Part shown: positions 62,581 to 64,000 of the stretch, piece by piece | How positions within the stretch are numbered: position 1 is the first letter of the stretch | Layout: each line of letters opens with the position of its first letter | Source: Deltaproteobacteria bacterium RIFCSPHIGHO2_02_FULL_44_16 | Lineage (GTDB): Bacteria; UBA10199; 2-02-FULL-44-16 | NCBI GenBank assembly: GCA_001798185.1 | Contig: MGRM01000004.1 | Location: 56,264-120,263 of the forward strand | Length of the DNA: 64,000 nt | Reading direction: 5' to 3' | Translations under genes and position numbers: made by a program | Notes under the pieces: model-generated | What the model saw: only the letters and a program-made list of their open reading frames with translations | Told to the model about the DNA's origin: nothing | Databases searched by the model: none

Positions 62581-63753
62581 ATGAAAATGTTCAGACTGAT
62601 CATTCTTTTTCTTCTTGTTTTTGCCGTATCCCCTCTCCTTTTCGCTCAAACAGCGACAACTGCACAAGAGGGTCCCATCGTCGGCTATAAAGAAGGGCTT
62701 TTTATTGAATCCCCTGATGGGAACAATCGAGTGCAGATTCAGGGAAGACTGCAAGCACGCTTTACCTATAACTCTTTAGAAAAAACGACAGACACCAATA
62801 CCTTTGTCATTCAACGCGGAAAAATCAAACTCGATGGGAACGTCTTTTCAAAAGCGCTGCTCTACGTCTTTGAAATGAGTTTTGGGACACGAGCTGCGGC
62901 AACGACAAGCGCTGCTTGCGCCAATGCTGCCTGCACCTCAACCGTGAATGCTGTGACGGCAGAAAGCACTACAGGCCTCCCCGCACTTGAAGATTATTAT
63001 GTCGATTGGACCAAATATGATCTCGCGCAAATTCGAACGGGGCAATTCAAAGTCCCCTTCTTGCGACAAGAGCTCACTTCTGATGGCAAACAACAATTTG
63101 TTGATCGCGCTTCTTCCACAGACTTTTTTAATTTTTCACGCGATCTCGGTGTCACTCTTCATGGCTATCTCTTCAATTACTGGATGAACTATTATCTCTT
63201 TGCCATGAATGGCGAAGGCCAAAATAATGTAAACCGAAATCGTAATCTCCTTACAGGACTTCGTCTCGAATTTCCTTTGCTCGGAAATTACAAATATTCT
63301 GAATCCGACGTCGATTATAGTGCCCTTCCTACACTTGGTTTTGGCGCCGCAACTGTTTACAATGAACGGGCAAGCTCTTTTAGCAATGGTACAATTCCTG
63401 CCACCACGAAAGCACAACATGGCACCGTCGATGTCGATTTTAAATATCACGGTCTCTCATGGCTTGCTGCGGGCATGGTCAACCATACGTTAGAAGGAGC
63501 TTCGGTCACGAACTGGGGCTACAACAGTCAATTGGGATATTTTCTTCTTCCGCAACGTTTTGAAGTTGCTGCTCGAGCTGCAGGAACCATTTTTAAAACG
63601 CTGATCAACCAATATGAATATGCTTTTGCATTGAATACTTTTTTCAATAAGCATTCATTGAAACTTCAAACAGATTATGCGTTCTTAATAAATAATCGAG
63701 GTCAGAATTTAAACGATCATCGCATCCGCACCCAACTTCAAGTTGTCTTTTAA
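62581..63753 (+). CDS. Phosphate-selective porin O/P family
   Basis: Signal peptide, QIQGRLQARFTY, FVIQRGKIKLDG, and a C-terminal F; adjacent to pstS. Confidence 0.7.
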   Translation: MKMFRLIILFLLVFAVSPLLFAQTATTAQEGPIVGYKEGLFIESPDGNNRVQIQGRLQARFTYNSLEKTTDTNTFVIQRGKIKLDGNVFSKALLYVFEMSFGTRAAATTSAACANAACTSTVNAVTAESTTGLPALEDYYVDWTKYDLAQIRTGQFKVPFLRQELTSDGKQQFVDRASSTDFFNFSRDLGVTLHGYLFNYWMNYYLFAMNGEGQNNVNRNRNLLTGLRLEFPLLGNYKYSESDVDYSALPTLGFGAATVYNERASSFSNGTIPATTKAQHGTVDVDFKYHGLSWLAAGMVNHTLEGASVTNWGYNSQLGYFLLPQRFEVAARAAGTIFKTLINQYEYAFALNTFFNKHSLKLQTDYAFLINNRGQNLNDHRIRTQLQVVF

Positions 63754-63766
63754 AAAAGGAGCACTC

Positions 63767-64000
63767 ATGAAAAATAGTTTCAAAAAACTTTTTACTTCAC
63801 TCTTCACGCTTGCTTTCATTATCACCACACCTTTTGCATGGGGCGCTGATACCCTTCTGATGAACGGTGCAGGAGCGACATTTCCTTATCCTCTTTATTC
63901 AAAATGGTTTTATGAATATCAAAAAAAGAATCCCAACGTAAAATTCAATTATCAATCAATCGGCAGCGGTGGAGGCATTCAACAGATTCTTTCCAAAACA
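63767..64000 (+). CDS. pstS: Phosphate ABC transporter substrate-binding protein PstS (3' end outside window)
   Basis: Signal peptide, then GAGATFPYPLYSKWF...YQSIGSGGGI. Confidence 0.8.
   Translation, partial: MKNSFKKLFTSLFTLAFIITTPFAWGADTLLMNGAGATFPYPLYSKWFYEYQKKNPNVKFNYQSIGSGGGIQQILSKT

Overview
The window is chromosome of a moderately AT-rich diderm bacterium (AsmA, OprO/P porin, LdcA and PstS are present; I cannot assign a taxon) interrupted by one ~42.7 kb prophage. All product calls come from motif recognition by eye; no searches or computations were run.

Host left arm (1-16109): a YgfZ-like gene (partial), nfo, a membrane adenylate cyclase carrying a very long YD-like repeat ectodomain, and a convergent cNMP-binding histidine-kinase-like gene. 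These are followed by a cold-shock gene, ldcA, a lipoprotein, arfB, asmA, yihY and DUF2238. Next come a 2Fe-2S ferredoxin-like gene and a DsrE-like gene, each preceded by a copy of the same 63-nt element. The arm ends with an AAA/DUF4143 ATPase and a DEDDh exonuclease.

Prophage (16110-58809): it is bounded by an exact 18-bp direct repeat that is the 3' part of tRNA-Glu(CUC) (58790-58864, minus strand). A large serine recombinase lies at the right end.
- Lambda-like packaging and head genes: Nu1-like small terminase, gpA, gpW, gpB portal, an S78 protease-capsid fusion, and gpFII.
- A Mu-like contractile tail and baseplate.
- A cI(S24)/cro switch, then RecT, DUF1376 and a DnaC-like loader.
- Two accessory regions, described next.

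Accessory region 1: a complete diversity-generating retroelement (DGR: target/VR, avd, RT, TR) inserted antisense between the portal and capsid genes. TR and VR differ at 19 positions, all at TR adenines. The RT reading frame is broken inside a 4.5-copy octanucleotide repeat, which makes it a candidate slipped-strand ON/OFF switch.

Accessory region 2: a ~12.5 kb defence island between the tail-fibre genes and cI.
- A Cas4-like PD-(D/E)XK nuclease overlapping a secreted SNase.
- A CapH/CapP-like XRE plus ImmA pair, and a small HTH gene.
- A patatin plus SMODS-type nucleotidyltransferase pair (type I CBASS).
- A tightly packed cI-DUF1016-SRAP-like-res-mod string.

Host right arm: tRNA-Glu, a HepT/MntA toxin-antitoxin pair with an HTH fusion, an HExxH-TPR protein, a phosphate porin, and pstS (partial).
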